Source: an uncultured Planctomycetota bacterium (GTDB lineage Bacteria; Planctomycetota; Planctomycetia; Isosphaerales; Isosphaeraceae). Taken from it: DNA of 64,000 nucleotides. Positions 33,422-45,293 of this stretch are shown piece by piece. A program made the translations under genes and the position numbers. The notes under the pieces were generated by a model that was not told the origin of the DNA, searched no databases, and saw only the letters and a program-made list of their open reading frames with translations. Position 1 is the first letter of the stretch. Every line of letters begins with the position of its first letter. The DNA lies in assembly GCA_963823665.1 (NCBI GenBank), contig CAWGMQ010000005.1, positions 1,152,001 through 1,216,000 on the forward strand. Direction: 5' to 3'.

Positions 33422-36400
33422 TCAGGGGACCACAGTCTCGATGTCGGTCGCCTTCTTGTTCACCACCAGGTCCCGGGAGTGGACGATGAACCACGTCTGG
33501 CCCGTGCCCGAGGCGAGCGTGTTGGCCTGCGCGTCCTCGGTGATGGTGGAGGCGGTCAGGACATACGAGCCATTCAGGCCGCCGCCGGATGTCAGGTCCA
33601 AAACGCGCTGGGTGAAGCCGATGTCGGTCCGGTCCCATTCGGCCACGATGGCTTCGAGGGCTGCGTCGTTGAGGTCGTAGGTCGTACCCCCGCCGATCAG
33701 CAGGCGGTCGCTGGAGCCGCCGGTGATCTGTGCCGCGCCGCCACCGCCGATCAGCAGGCAATGGCCCGAGCTCGGGCCGGTCAGCGTGTTGGGCCCGGTG
33801 CTGCCTATGACCCCCTGGATGTTCGTCACCCCTTCGCAACGCCCGTCGCCGCGCCGGTGGCGAGGTTCACGGTGACGCCGGTGGTCTCGCGTGCGTAGTT
33901 CAAGAGGTTAGGGCCGGTGCCTCCCGCAATCGAGCCGGAGAGCGAGCCGCCTGGGAAGAAGTCAAAACTGTTGGCCGCGGAGCCGCCGGCCAGGCTGGCG
34001 AACCCCGTGAAGTTCACCCAGCCGCCAAGCGAGCCGGCGTTCGCCCCGGTCAGGTTCCAGGACGTAGCGACCGCCGGGCCGTCGAGCGTGTTAGCCCAGG
34101 TCCCGCCTTCGATCGTCACCGGGTCCGGCCCGGGCGCGCCGGAGACATACACCGGTGTGCCGTGGTTGTCGGTGTCGAACGTCACCCCGCCTCTCATGTT
34201 CGCGTAATTGACAGAGCGGGTGGTCACTGTGACAGTAAGGCCGCTGAGGTAATAACTAGACCGGGCGACGGACTGGCCCGTCACCGTGTACGTGTACCAC
34301 TCCGCCCAGCCGAGTCCGGATGTCACCTCCGACGGGTTGAGTGAATCGTTGACGGTCAGGCTGTCGGTACCCGTCCCGCCGTTGACCGTCAGGTTGCTGG
34401 CGAGCCCGCCCAGGTTCTCCGCTACGGCCGTGACGCTGACGGCCGTGTTGCCCGAGCCGACGTTCACCGTCGTCGCCGCGGAGGTCCCCTCGACGTCGAC
34501 CGGTGTGCCGTGGTTATCGGTGTCGAGAGTGACCCCGCCGTTCATGTTCGCGTAGTTGATGTAGAAGGTAAACCGCATCAGCAGGAAGCGGCTGCTGACA
34601 TAAGTCGTCCGCTCGAGGGACTGGCCCGATACCGTGTACGAGTACGAGGTCGACGTGCCAGCTCCGGACATGGGCACCAGCGGGTTCAACGAATCGTTGA
34701 CCGTCAGGCTGTCGGTCCCACTCCCGCCGTTGATGGTCAGGTAGCCTGCCAGCAAGCCCAGGTTCTTGCCTGTGGGTGTAACGCTGACGGCCGTGTTGCC
34801 CGTGCCGACGTCCACCGTAATCGGAGCGGAGGCACTCTCGACGTCGACCGGAGTTCCGTTGTTGTCGGTGTTGAGGGTCACGCCCCCGATAAAGCCCTGA
34901 TAGGAGATGAAGGCGGCGTAGGGCGAGACGGGGAGAGTGCGATCGATCAGTCCCGAATACACCAGGTAGGGCGTCGCCGACGCATATGGGTCCTTCTGGT
35001 CGTTGACGACCAGGCTGTCGGTGCCCGACCCGCCGTTGAGCGTCAGCGCGGAGCCGAGCGCAGCGAGCGACTGGCCGGCCGCGGCGACGGTCACCGTCGT
35101 GTTGCCGGTGCCGAGATTGACCGTGGTCGGTATCGAGGCGAGTGTCCCTTCGACGTCGACCGGTGTGCCGACGCTGTCAGTGTCGAGGAACGCGCCGCCC
35201 GAAAGGCTCGTGTAGGTGATGGTGTCTCCCAGGTGGTGAGTCGTGGTTCCGATCTGGATGTTATAGGTCCGCGCGATCGAGCCCACCCCCGGAGAGTCGC
35301 TCACGGTGTACTGGTTCGCTGTCTCATTCGTCAACGTGTGCGCCCTGTCGTTGACGGTCAGAGAGTCAGCGCCCGAGCCGCCGTAGATGGCGATATCGGG
35401 GATGAGGTCGTCCATGTTCTCGGAGTAGGGCGCGGCCGAGAGGGTGTCATTGCCGGTGCCGGCGAAGTAATCGATCGCCTCGAACGCCCCCGAGTAGAAG
35501 ACATAGGTCGAGGTAGTCTCCAGGACGTAACCGTCCTCGATCGTGACATTCTCCGAGGCGGAGTTGGCCTGGTCATCGAAGCTCAACGTGTTGTACGGGC
35601 CGATAGCAGTGACATCGACCATCCTCTGGATCAGGCTGAGGTTGTGGGCGACCGAGGAGAAGTTGACGTTGTTGCTACCGCCTCCGAGATTGATGTACGT
35701 CGGGCATGGTGTGGAGTTGACGTCAACGGTGGCGTTGGCCGCGCCCTTGTTCATTGTCACGTCGGCCGGGTAGCCGGTGCTGTACTGCACCAGCGTCTGC
35801 CCATCCACGCCGTAAGATGACCCATTGAGGCTCCAGGTATGAAACGTAGTGTCCGCCTGGTCGTCGAGGGTCAAGTAAGTGCGATGGTACGGGTCATTTA
35901 CAGTCACGAGAGAACCCGCGAAGTTGCCGATATTCTCGGCGTCGGCGCTGACGTTGAGGGCGACAATGTTGTTGGCTCCGGAGTTGATCGTCACGCCGGT
36001 GCCGGAGCTCCAGGTGCCATCGAGATTGACCGTCGTGGATTCCGAATTGGCGTTGATGATGATCTTCGAAAGGGCTCCCGCGTTGAACCATACGGTCTGG
36101 CCGTCAAGAGTAGCGGTGATCGCGCCGCTCGCGGTGCTGGTAACCGTGATCGTGTCGTCCGTGTATGCACCGGCTTGGCCCCCGTTGATGGTGAGCGTGG
36201 AGCCGAGTGGTTCGCTGAATTGGTGGAGGGTGCCACCGCTCACCGTGAACTCGAAGGAGTTCCCGTCAGGGACGATGTAAGCCTGGTCCTGCTGCGACCA
36301 GTACGGCTGCACGAGCGTCCCCCCCGGCCCACCGAGATCGTAACCCCAGTCTCGCGCCTCGTGGTCACAGATCTGGTCGTTCGTGGCACCATCGTAATAG

Positions 36401-37143
36401 GGGTCGTTCGCCTCGGTTGCACCCTGGGTCACTGTGATCCCTGTAGGATCTTCCGGGTCGGTCAGGTTCTCGACCAGTTCGTGTCCGAGGGTCGTCGAAA
36501 ACTCGCCCAACGACTGGCTGGAGCACCAGACCTCGGGCACGAAGTAGGTGTACGGCCCCAGTAGCCCCTCCTGCGTGGTCAGAATCGTGGTGGTGTTCCA
36601 CCCAACGGCGTTACCGCTGACGATGGTCGTCGGCGGTGTAATCACGACATAGACGGGAACGGATGAGCCGTAAGCGGGCGGCAGGCTGACCTGGCCGAGG
36701 GAGACGGCGTTATTCAACATGGTGCTGACGTCACCGGGCAGGGCCTGGCCGGAGACGTTGCCTGAATCGTCCGGCGATGTGATCACCACGGGCTTCGACG
36801 CAAGGCTGACCGTCGGCGTGACGCCGAAGTACTCTGATAGCCCGCTAAAGTAGTTGTGGCTGATCAGGCTTGCGGCAGCGCTGATGTCGTTGGCTTCGGT
36901 AGTGATCCCTGGGGTCGTCTGCCAGTAGGAGCCCCAGAAAATGAGCTGGACGGTGGGATTGGAGATCTCCCAGCCGTGGTTGTTTGTGACCGTCTCGGCT
37001 CCGTACTGAGGTGTGAACAGGATCGTGGGGACCACCCGCTCCTCCAGCAACTCCAAAAGGAACCTGGTTGCGGGCCGCCGGCGCCCTCCGCGTGGAGCAG
37101 GGCGGATGAAGCGTCGGATTGTCGAGGCGGCGAGTGCTTGCAT
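33422..37143 (-). CDS. Large LEPRxLL-type secreted protein with a metallopeptidase-like N-domain and Gly/Thr-rich beta-strand repeats; frameshift near 33830 in a G run
   Basis: LELLEERVVPT; LIFWGSYW, HELVENLTDP, QICD, VQPYWS; repeated LNGGSGTDSLxVND; continues in ORF 33422..33829. Confidence 0.8.
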
Positions 37144-37312
37144 CACCAGGTGTCCTTTCGCGCCGGAGTGTTCTTCACAACAGCGTGCGTGTGGGAACGC
37201 TCGGTGACATCGCAGCCACCCGGTTCCCTGCCGCCCCATATATGGAGGACTGCGCAGGGGGGCCGTTTCGACAGGAATTCGGCGAAGATTCCCGAAGTCG
37301 GCCGGGCCGCGC

Positions 37313-40300
37313 TCAGGACGCAGGGGTGAAGACGTCCTCGGGTAGCTCGCCGGCCGAGCGGGCGAGTACGGCTTCGGCCTCGGCGCGGAAGCCGGTCAAA
37401 GCCTCGGCCCAACGCTCATCGAGCGCCTTGTGATCGCCGAGCCAGCGGAGGGCGCGGTCGAAGTGAGTGCGAGCGTCCGCGCGGTGTCCCAGCCGGTGGT
37501 GGGCCATGGCCAGGAAGAAGAGGTCGAAGGCGTCGGTCTGGCCGCGGCCGGCGGCGAGGCTGCGCTCGAGGGTGTCGATGGCCTCGTCGTACCGGCCCGA
37601 CCGGTACAGGGCGACGCCCAGCGTGTTGAGGGACATGGCGTCGCCGGGAACGAGGTCCGCCGCCCGACGACCCAGCGCCACGGCGCGGTCGAGCTCGCGC
37701 CGCGGCTCCGGACCGTTGGCCAGCTCCCAGGCCCGGCCGTTGCAACTTTTGGCCAGCCATTCGCGGACCAGGTACTGGTCGGGATTGAGGGCCAGCGCAG
37801 CCTCGAGGTCGACGATCGCGGGATCGAGTTGGTTCAGGTCCAGGTAGATCACTCCGCGCATGGCCCGATAGTGGGCGTCGCCCCTGCGCAGGCGGATTGC
37901 CTGAGTCCAGTCGTCGATCGCTTCCGAGGAGCGATTCAGCTTGGCCAGGGCGTGAGCGCGATGGTGGTAGGCGTCGGCGTTGTTGGGATCGCTCTGAAGC
38001 CGCGCGGAATAACGCTCGATCAGCGCCGTGGGGAGCTCGGTGAAATGCTCGATGTGCTGGGCCAGCTTGCCGAAATCGACCTGGAGAGGAGGCAGCGGGG
38101 GTGCCGAGGGGTTCGCGGGGGTATCTTCGGAATAAGCCGGAGCGTCCCAGTCGAGGCCTCTACCGGCCAGGTCCTTGCGGATGGCCCGCAGGTCCCACAC
38201 GTGCACGGCCGGAGACGGACGATCCTTGGTGGTCACCACCAGGCGTGATCCGTCGGGGCTGAGCGCTACCGCCGCCACGCTGCACAAGTCGGGACTTTCG
38301 AGCCGTGCGAGCGTGCGGCCGGTATCGAGCTCGACCAGGCGAAGGACCTGGTTCCGGTCCACGGCGACCACCAGACGGCTGTCAGGGGAGAAACAGCCAC
38401 CGACGTCCGTGATCGGCCGCTTCTCGCGCCAGGTGCCGACTTCCCAGAGCCGGCGCTGAGGATTTCCGGCCACCAGCCACTTTCCATCGGGGCTGAAGCT
38501 AACCCCCGTGCCCCCATCAATGGGCAGTTCGGCCACTTTCGTGGCATCCTGGATGCGCCAGACCTGCGCCCCCCGACCGTGAGTGCCGGTCGCCAACCAT
38601 TGCCCGTCCGGGCTTACGGCGACGCTACGGCAATCGTCCAGCGGCCCCACACGGATCGTCCGAAGAGGGGTCGCGACGTAAGCATAATCCGAGTTGGCCT
38701 TGGCCACGATCCGGCTCGACCGGTCCTCGGCAATCGCCCCAAGGCCCGCTGGTAACGTGAGCGGACGCGGTGGGCCGATCTGGAATTTACCACGCTCTCG
38801 GTCGAGGTGAACCGGCCATCGCTGTACGCCGATGTCGCCGCTCGTGAGCAAATCGCCCGACGGCTCGAACATCACTTGCCAGGCGTTGCCGATCGGCAGG
38901 ACGGTGAGCTCGGTGCCACGGGCCAGGTCCCAGAGCACTGCCCCCCGGTTCGACCCCACGGCCAGCACCCGACCGTCGTGGCGGATCGACGGATTTGCGT
39001 AATCCATCGGCTCGTCAGAAGCGTGCGCAGATGTCCGATACGAGAGCGCCGGGTCGACCTGGTGCATGGTCAGTTTGTCGTCGAGCCAAACGAGGATCCG
39101 TCCGTCACGGCTGAATTGGGTGTCGGAGTTCCCGTTCAAGCTCAGCACGGGTTGTCCCAGGATCGCATCCCACAGCCGTAGCCGCCCCTCGAAGCCGTCG
39201 CTGGCCAGCAGCGTGCCGGCGGGGTGGAAGCTCGCAACCAAGCCGCTATTGTCATGACCTTCGAGAGTTGCCCGCCGGGTCCCGCTCGTGGCGTCCCAGA
39301 GGTCGATCTTGAAATCAAAGCTCGGAGTCGCCAGCATCGAGCCGTCCGGGCTCCAGGCGACATCATCTGCGACAGCCTGCAAGGGGAACATCCGGACGAG
39401 ACGGCCGGTCTCCCCCTCCAGAATCCGGCATGGGGGGGGTTTCGGCTCATTGTCGATAACCGCGATTTGCGCCCCGTCGGCACGAAACGCCACGCGACTT
39501 GCATTCCAGGGCCAGCGCCTGTCGGGCCGACCGGTTGCCAGATCGTAAACCAGGAGTTCGCCGTCCTCATGTGCCACGGCGATTCGCCGGCTGTCCGGAC
39601 TGAATCCGGCCCCCCTCCAGATACGGCGCGGGTCCTCCAATGCGATGGCGCGTCGGTCGACGTCCCACACCGTCAGGGCGGAGCCGGGAGAATGCGCGGT
39701 CGCCAGGTAGCGGCCATCGGGGCTGAAGCGGAAGATCCAGCACTCGCTATCGAACTGGGCCTGGAACTTGGCGATCTCCTGGTCGTCGGCGACAAGGCGG
39801 ACCAAGATCGTTCCATCGCGGAACCGCATGGCGTACCGCGTCATGGTCAGATCGAAGGTGATCGAATCCATGCCTGTCGGCCGGCTGATGCTCCATTCGG
39901 TGGGCTTCAGGTCGGGCAGGGCCAGGCAGGCGATCGCCTCGTCGCGGAGCCTATCGAGCCGGTCGCGAGGCAGTCTCAGCTCCCTGGCGATTTGCTGCGC
40001 GCGTTCCAGAGACTTCAGGGCATCGAACCGATGTCCGACTTGCCGGCTGTATCGCGTGGCGCGGGCGCTAGCCAGCAACGCGTCGAAGAGGTTCTTGCGC
40101 GTCTCGGTCTCGCCCTGCTGGATGAGGACGTAATCGCTGCCGATCTGGTCGCGCTGACTGCGGTAGACCCACGCGGCCCAGGTCGAGACGATGGCCAGCG
40201 CCGTCGTCAAGATTGCCGCGGCGATGTTCGCGCCGGCCAGCCACGGGTCGCGCTTGCACCACCGCCAGAACCGCTCGACGAACGACACCGGCCGCGACCG

Positions 40301-41618
40301 GATCGGCCGACCCTCGACAAATCGCCGTAGCTCGTCGGCCAGCTCGCCCGCCGAGCCGAACCGGTCCTTCGGGTCCCTGGCGAGCGCCTTCAGGACGATC
40401 GTCTCAAGGTCGCGCGGGATCTTCCGGTCGAGCCGCCGCGGCGCGGTGGGGGCGTCGTTGCGGATCAGCTCCATCAGCCGGATCTGGTCCGTCTCCTCGA
40501 ACGGCGGCCGCAAGGCCAGCAGCTCGTACAGCGTCGCACCCAGGGAATAGATGTCGCCGCGACGATCCGACGTGCCACGGAACCGCTCGGGCGCCATGTA
40601 GCGGAGCGTGCCCACCAGCTCGCGCGATTGCGAAAGGTCGTCCCCCGCTTCGAGTTTGGCCAGGCCGAAGTCGGTCACCCATACGTTGCCCAGGGCGTCG
40701 AACAGCAGGTTCGAGGGCTTGATGTCGCGGTGCAGAACGCCCCGACGATGGGCGTACTCCATGGCGTCGGCCACCTGGGCGCCCAGCCGCGCGATCTCGC
40801 GAAAGTACTAGTGAAGATCGCATCGGGCTCGAGCCGGCCATGGGCGTGCTCGCCCTCGTCGCGGAGGCGACGGATTTCGGCCAGAACACGGTCCACGGTC
40901 TGACCCTCGATGAACTGCATCGCGTAGTAGCAGACCCCGTCCTGCGCGCCGTAGTCAAAGACGCCGACGATGTTCGTATGGTGCAACCCGGCCGCCAGGC
41001 GGGCCTCGGCGTGGAACCGTCGCAGGTAGTTCGGGTCGGCCCGGAATCGCGGGCGAATGACCTTCAGCGCCACCCGGCTCTTGAGCGACTCATGCTCGGC
41101 TTCGTAAACCACACCCATCCCCCCGCTGCCGATCCGGCCGTCGAGTGCCTTCTGGAGCTGTCGCTTCCGCTCGGCGCGGATCGCCACTTCGCTTGCCCGC
41201 GTGTCCCGGCCCAGAAGCTGCGCCGCAAGCGCCCCGAGGTCGCCGCCGGGAACGCCTCGTTGTCGATTGAGACTTCACGCCCGGCGTCCCGCGCCCTGGT
41301 CCCAAGCTGCTGGCGATGCACGAGCTGCAACCGCTGAAGGGTCAGGGACCGCAGCCACAAGAACGGCGGCATCGGATCCGGTTGGCGAACATAGTCGGGC
41401 CGCCGCTCGGTGGCCTCGAGGAACGCTTCCTGGATCACGTCCGAGGGGTCGATCCGGCCGCGCAGCCGCTGATCCAGCCGGATCGCGACCATCCGCCGCA
41501 GCCGATCGCGGTGGGCCGACAGGAACTTACCCCAGTCGGTGCGATCGGTACCAATCGCTGTAATCCGATCCCGATCCACGCCATTCCCAGAATTATCCGT
41601 CCCCTCGTTCGGGTCCAT
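37313..41618 (-). pseudogene. ECF sigma (sigma-4 deleted)::Ser/Thr kinase fusion with WD40 and TPR domains; frame breaks near 41240 and 40810
   Basis: IDPSDVIQE, PFLWLR, ERKRQLQKALD|GRIGSGGMGVVYEAE, VALK, HRDIKPSN, DFG, YMAPE, WD40 repeats, TLGVALYRSG...FFLAMAH. Confidence 0.8.
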
Positions 41619-41691
41619 ATTCAACGAGATTGCGCTTGGCCGCCGATTCGTGCCAGGAAAAAATCCGCAAGACCATTTCACCGCAACAGTC

Positions 41692-41798
41692 AAGGACGTA
41701 GGGCTTCGCCCCCGAACCGTTCATCTCCAGCGATTCACCGTCGTTCAGGTCCGCCATGGGTTCGTCTCCCGCTGTGTCCAAAATCCTCCCTTATCCTA
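41692..41798 (-). pseudogene. 5' remnant of the SWIM-ligase gene (upstream region and 22 codons)
   Basis: Direct repeat of 32509-32616. Confidence 0.8.
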
Positions 41799-42143
41799 TG
41801 TGTTTCGAGTGAAACGATAAACGGACCGGACACCCCGAAAGCCGTTTCTCGAGGCTCTCGACTACGTGGCCCAAAATCGGCCGCTCATCAAGCAAGAGCG
41901 GGACCACGAGGCGGCGCGACTCCGCGCCGAGGTTTGCTCGGACCAACGCCGGAAGTCATCGACGTAACGGACGTAACTCAGGCCTCAGGCGTTCGCAGAC
42001 GAAATGATCGAACGGATTGAGGTACAGGCGGCCGGCGGTAGCAACTGTGGAAAGTTCCGTGCTCACGAAGAGGCCGGTTTGTGCGGATCGATCCCAAGCA
42101 GAGCAATTGCTGACCGCCGGCCCTTGGACCCCCTGAGCCCAGC

Positions 42144-45100
42144 TCAGTTCCCACTCCGTTTCCGGAACTCGGGAACGATCCCGATGGCGATAGCGTTGCT
42201 TGGTGTTGTGCTTGGTGTTGCCGGGTTTCCCGTGAAATCCAGCATTCCCGTGGCCAGCAATTGATCGACTGCCGCAGCGGACGGACCATTCTCGCGGACA
42301 GCTTGAGTGATCAACCGTTGCACCGCAGCAGCTATCGATTTCTCTGCGGCCGCCATCCGTTCTTGCTGAATGGCCCGCCTGTTGGGTACCGCTGCGAGCC
42401 GCGCGTCGGTCGCGGCAAGCTCCCGCGCTTCGGCAAAGTATCGACTGGGTGCCGTGCGAAGTAATTCGGGCGCTGGGCCTTGCACGATCCCCCCTGAAAA
42501 CATCTTGACATAGTTGGTGCCGGACGTGCCGTTCCCGGCACCGTCAATCGGCACGCCGGTTGAACTTGTCAGCCCGCTCGGAGCTTCACCGTTAACCGTG
42601 AGCTGATAAAAGCTCTCGAGATTCAGGAGCTGCGACGGGAAGATCGTCACGGTCAAGGCCGTCGGATCGTACGCAACCGACTTGATGGGAATCATCGTGC
42701 CACTCGATGTCATGAGCATATAGTTGCTCACATTTTCAGCCGGCGTTGGGTCAAGCGCCGAGCTGAAGGTCAGAACGAGAGACGTCGGCTGCATGTGGAA
42801 TCCGAAGCGTACCAGCGACATCACCGTGGGCGCCGAAACGGCTGCGTAAGTGAACTGATCGGCGGTCGAGACAGCCGATGTGCCCGACGGTGTCGTCACG
42901 GTCACGTCCACCGTGCCGGTGCCAGCCGGGCTGTCCACGGTGATCGTGGTGTCGCTTACGACTGTCAGATTCGTCCCTGGCGTCGTGCCGAAGTCGACCG
43001 CCGTGGCTCCGGTGAAACTGGTCCCGGTGATCGTCACCAGAGTGCCGCCTGTGGCAGGACCGCTGGTCGGGCTCAGGCCTGTGACCACCGGCGCCGCTGT
43101 GACTGCATACGTGAACTGATCGGCGGACGATGTGGCCGACGTGCCCGCAGGCGTCGTCACGGTCACGTTCACCGTGCCGGTGCCAGCCGGGCTGTCCGCC
43201 GTGATCGTCGTGTCGTTCACCACCGTGACATTCGTCGCCGCCGTCGTGCCGAAATCGACTGCGGTGGCGCCGGTGAAACTGGTGCCGGTGATCGTCACCA
43301 ACGTGCCGCCGATCTCGAGACCGTTCGTCGGGCTCAGGCCAGTGACCGAGGGCGCAGCGGCTACCGTGTACGTGAACTCGTCGGCGGGCGTGACGGCCGA
43401 CTTGCCCCCAGGCGTCGTCACGGTCACATTCACGACGCCCGTGCCCGCCGGGCTGTCCGCTGTGATCGACGTAGCGCTCACCACCGTGACATTGGTCGCC
43501 GGCGTCGTCCCGAAGTCCACCGCCGTCGCGCCCGTGAAACCAGTGCCGGTGATCGTCACTGGAGTGCCGCCCGCCACCGGTCCAGTGGTCGGGCTCAAGC
43601 TCGTGACCGTGGGCGCCGCGACCACTTGGTACGTGAATTGATCAGCGGGAGACGTGGCGGAGACGCCCGCAGGGGTCGTCACCGTCACGTCCACCGTGCC
43701 GGTCCCTGCCGGGCTGTCCGCCGTGATCGAGGTGTCGCTCACCACGGTCACATTCGTCGCCGCCGTCGTCCCGAAGTCCACCGCCGTCGCGCCCGTGAAA
43801 CTCGTGCCGGTGATCGTCACCAGCGTGCCGCCGGCCGTCGGACCGCTTGTCGGGCTCAGGCCCGAGACCGCCGGCGCAGCCGCCGTGACATAGGTGAATT
43901 GATCGGCCGCAGATGTGGCCGATGTGCCCGCAGGCGTCGTCACGGTCACGTCCACCGTGCCGGTCCCTGCCGGGCTGTCCGCCGTGATCTCGCTGTCGCT
44001 CACCACGGTCACGTTCGTCGCCGCCGTCGTCCCGAAATCCACCGCCGTCGCGCCGGTGAAACTCGTGCCGGTGATCGTCACCAGCGTACCCCCGGCCTGC
44101 GAACCGGTGGTCGGGCTCAGGCCCGTCACCGTCGGCGCTACCGCGGCAGTGTAGGTAAATTGATCGGCTGCGGACGTGGCTGACATGCCCAAGGGCGTCG
44201 TCACCGTCACGTCCACTGTGCCGGTGCCAGCCGGGCTGTCCGCCGTGATCGAGGTGTCATTGACCACAGTGACATTCGTCGCCGCCGTCGTTCCAAAGTC
44301 GACCGCCGTCGCGCCGGTGAAGCCGGTGCCCGCGATCGTCACCAACGTGCCGCCGGCCGTCGAGCCGCCCGTCGGGCTCAGGCCCGTGACCACCGGCGCG
44401 GCAGCCGCGGTGTACGTGAATTGATTGGCCGCAGACGTGGCCGACGTGCCCCCTGGCGTCGTCACCGTCACGTTGATCGTGCCGCTCCCGGCCGGGCTGT
44501 CGGCCGTGATCGTCGTGTCGTTCACCACGTCCAGATTCGTCGCCGCGGTCGTGCCAAAGTCAACCACGGTGGCGCCGGTGAAACCAGTGCCCGAAATTGT
44601 CACGGGAGTACCGCCGGCCGTCGAACCGCCCGTCGGGCTCAGGGCTGTGACCGCAGGCGCGACGATGTAGGTGAATTGATCGGCCGCAGACGTGGCCGAC
44701 TTGCCCGCCGGGGTCGTCACGGTCACGTCCACCGTGCCGGTGCCCGCGGGACTGTCCGCCGTGACCGTCGTGTCGTTCACGATCGTGACATTCGTCGCCG
44801 CCGTCGTGCCGAAATCGACTGCGGTGGCGCCGGTGAAACTGGTGCCGGTGATCGTCACCAGAGTGCCGCCGGCCGCCGGACCGCTCGTCGGGCTCAGGCC
44901 CGTGACCACCGGCGCAGCGGCTACCGTGTATGTGAACTCATCGGCCGGCGATACGGCAGACGTGCCCTCCGGTGTTGTCACTGTCAGGTTCACGACGCCA
45001 GTGCCAGCCGGGCTGTCCGCCGTGATCATGGTGTCGCTGACGACATCCAGATTCGTCGCTGCCGTCGTCCCGAAATCGACCGTCGTCGCTCCCGTGAAGC

Positions 45101-45293
45101 TCGTGCCGCTGATCGTCACCGAAGTGCCGCCGGCTTCCAGACCGCTGGTCGGGCTCAAGCCCGTCACCGTCGGAGGTGATAGCAGCGTCCTCAGCTCCAT
45201 CCATTCGATTCGAGGCCGGCTTGCCCTGAACCGCTTCAATTTGTCGGACCGTCCCACGGCGAGCGCGCGCAGAATCATGGTGATTGCCTCCAA
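42144..45293 (-). CDS. Surface protein with nine tandem IPT/TIG domains and a C-terminal Ig-like domain; LEPRxLL-type N-terminus
   Basis: IEWMELRTLLS; nine PxVTGLSPTxG...GTxVTITGTSFTGATAVDFG...DQFTY units; start may be ATG 45278. Confidence 0.92.
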   Translation of the reverse strand: MEAITMILRALAVGRSDKLKRFRASRPRIEWMELRTLLSPPTVTGLSPTSGLEAGGTSVTISGTSFTGATTVDFGTTAATNLDVVSDTMITADSPAGTGVVNLTVTTPEGTSAVSPADEFTYTVAAAPVVTGLSPTSGPAAGGTLVTITGTSFTGATAVDFGTTAATNVTIVNDTTVTADSPAGTGTVDVTVTTPAGKSATSAADQFTYIVAPAVTALSPTGGSTAGGTPVTISGTGFTGATVVDFGTTAATNLDVVNDTTITADSPAGSGTINVTVTTPGGTSATSAANQFTYTAAAAPVVTGLSPTGGSTAGGTLVTIAGTGFTGATAVDFGTTAATNVTVVNDTSITADSPAGTGTVDVTVTTPLGMSATSAADQFTYTAAVAPTVTGLSPTTGSQAGGTLVTITGTSFTGATAVDFGTTAATNVTVVSDSEITADSPAGTGTVDVTVTTPAGTSATSAADQFTYVTAAAPAVSGLSPTSGPTAGGTLVTITGTSFTGATAVDFGTTAATNVTVVSDTSITADSPAGTGTVDVTVTTPAGVSATSPADQFTYQVVAAPTVTSLSPTTGPVAGGTPVTITGTGFTGATAVDFGTTPATNVTVVSATSITADSPAGTGVVNVTVTTPGGKSAVTPADEFTYTVAAAPSVTGLSPTNGLEIGGTLVTITGTSFTGATAVDFGTTAATNVTVVNDTTITADSPAGTGTVNVTVTTPAGTSATSSADQFTYAVTAAPVVTGLSPTSGPATGGTLVTITGTSFTGATAVDFGTTPGTNLTVVSDTTITVDSPAGTGTVDVTVTTPSGTSAVSTADQFTYAAVSAPTVMSLVRFGFHMQPTSLVLTFSSALDPTPAENVSNYMLMTSSGTMIPIKSVAYDPTALTVTIFPSQLLNLESFYQLTVNGEAPSGLTSSTGVPIDGAGNGTSGTNYVKMFSGGIVQGPAPELLRTAPSRYFAEARELAATDARLAAVPNRRAIQQERMAAAEKSIAAAVQRLITQAVRENGPSAAAVDQLLATGMLDFTGNPATPSTTPSNAIAIGIVPEFRKRSGN

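Noticed and set aside
42845..45180. CRISPR-like periodic repeats
   Set aside because: These are coding IPT domain repeats with no spacers and no cas genes.
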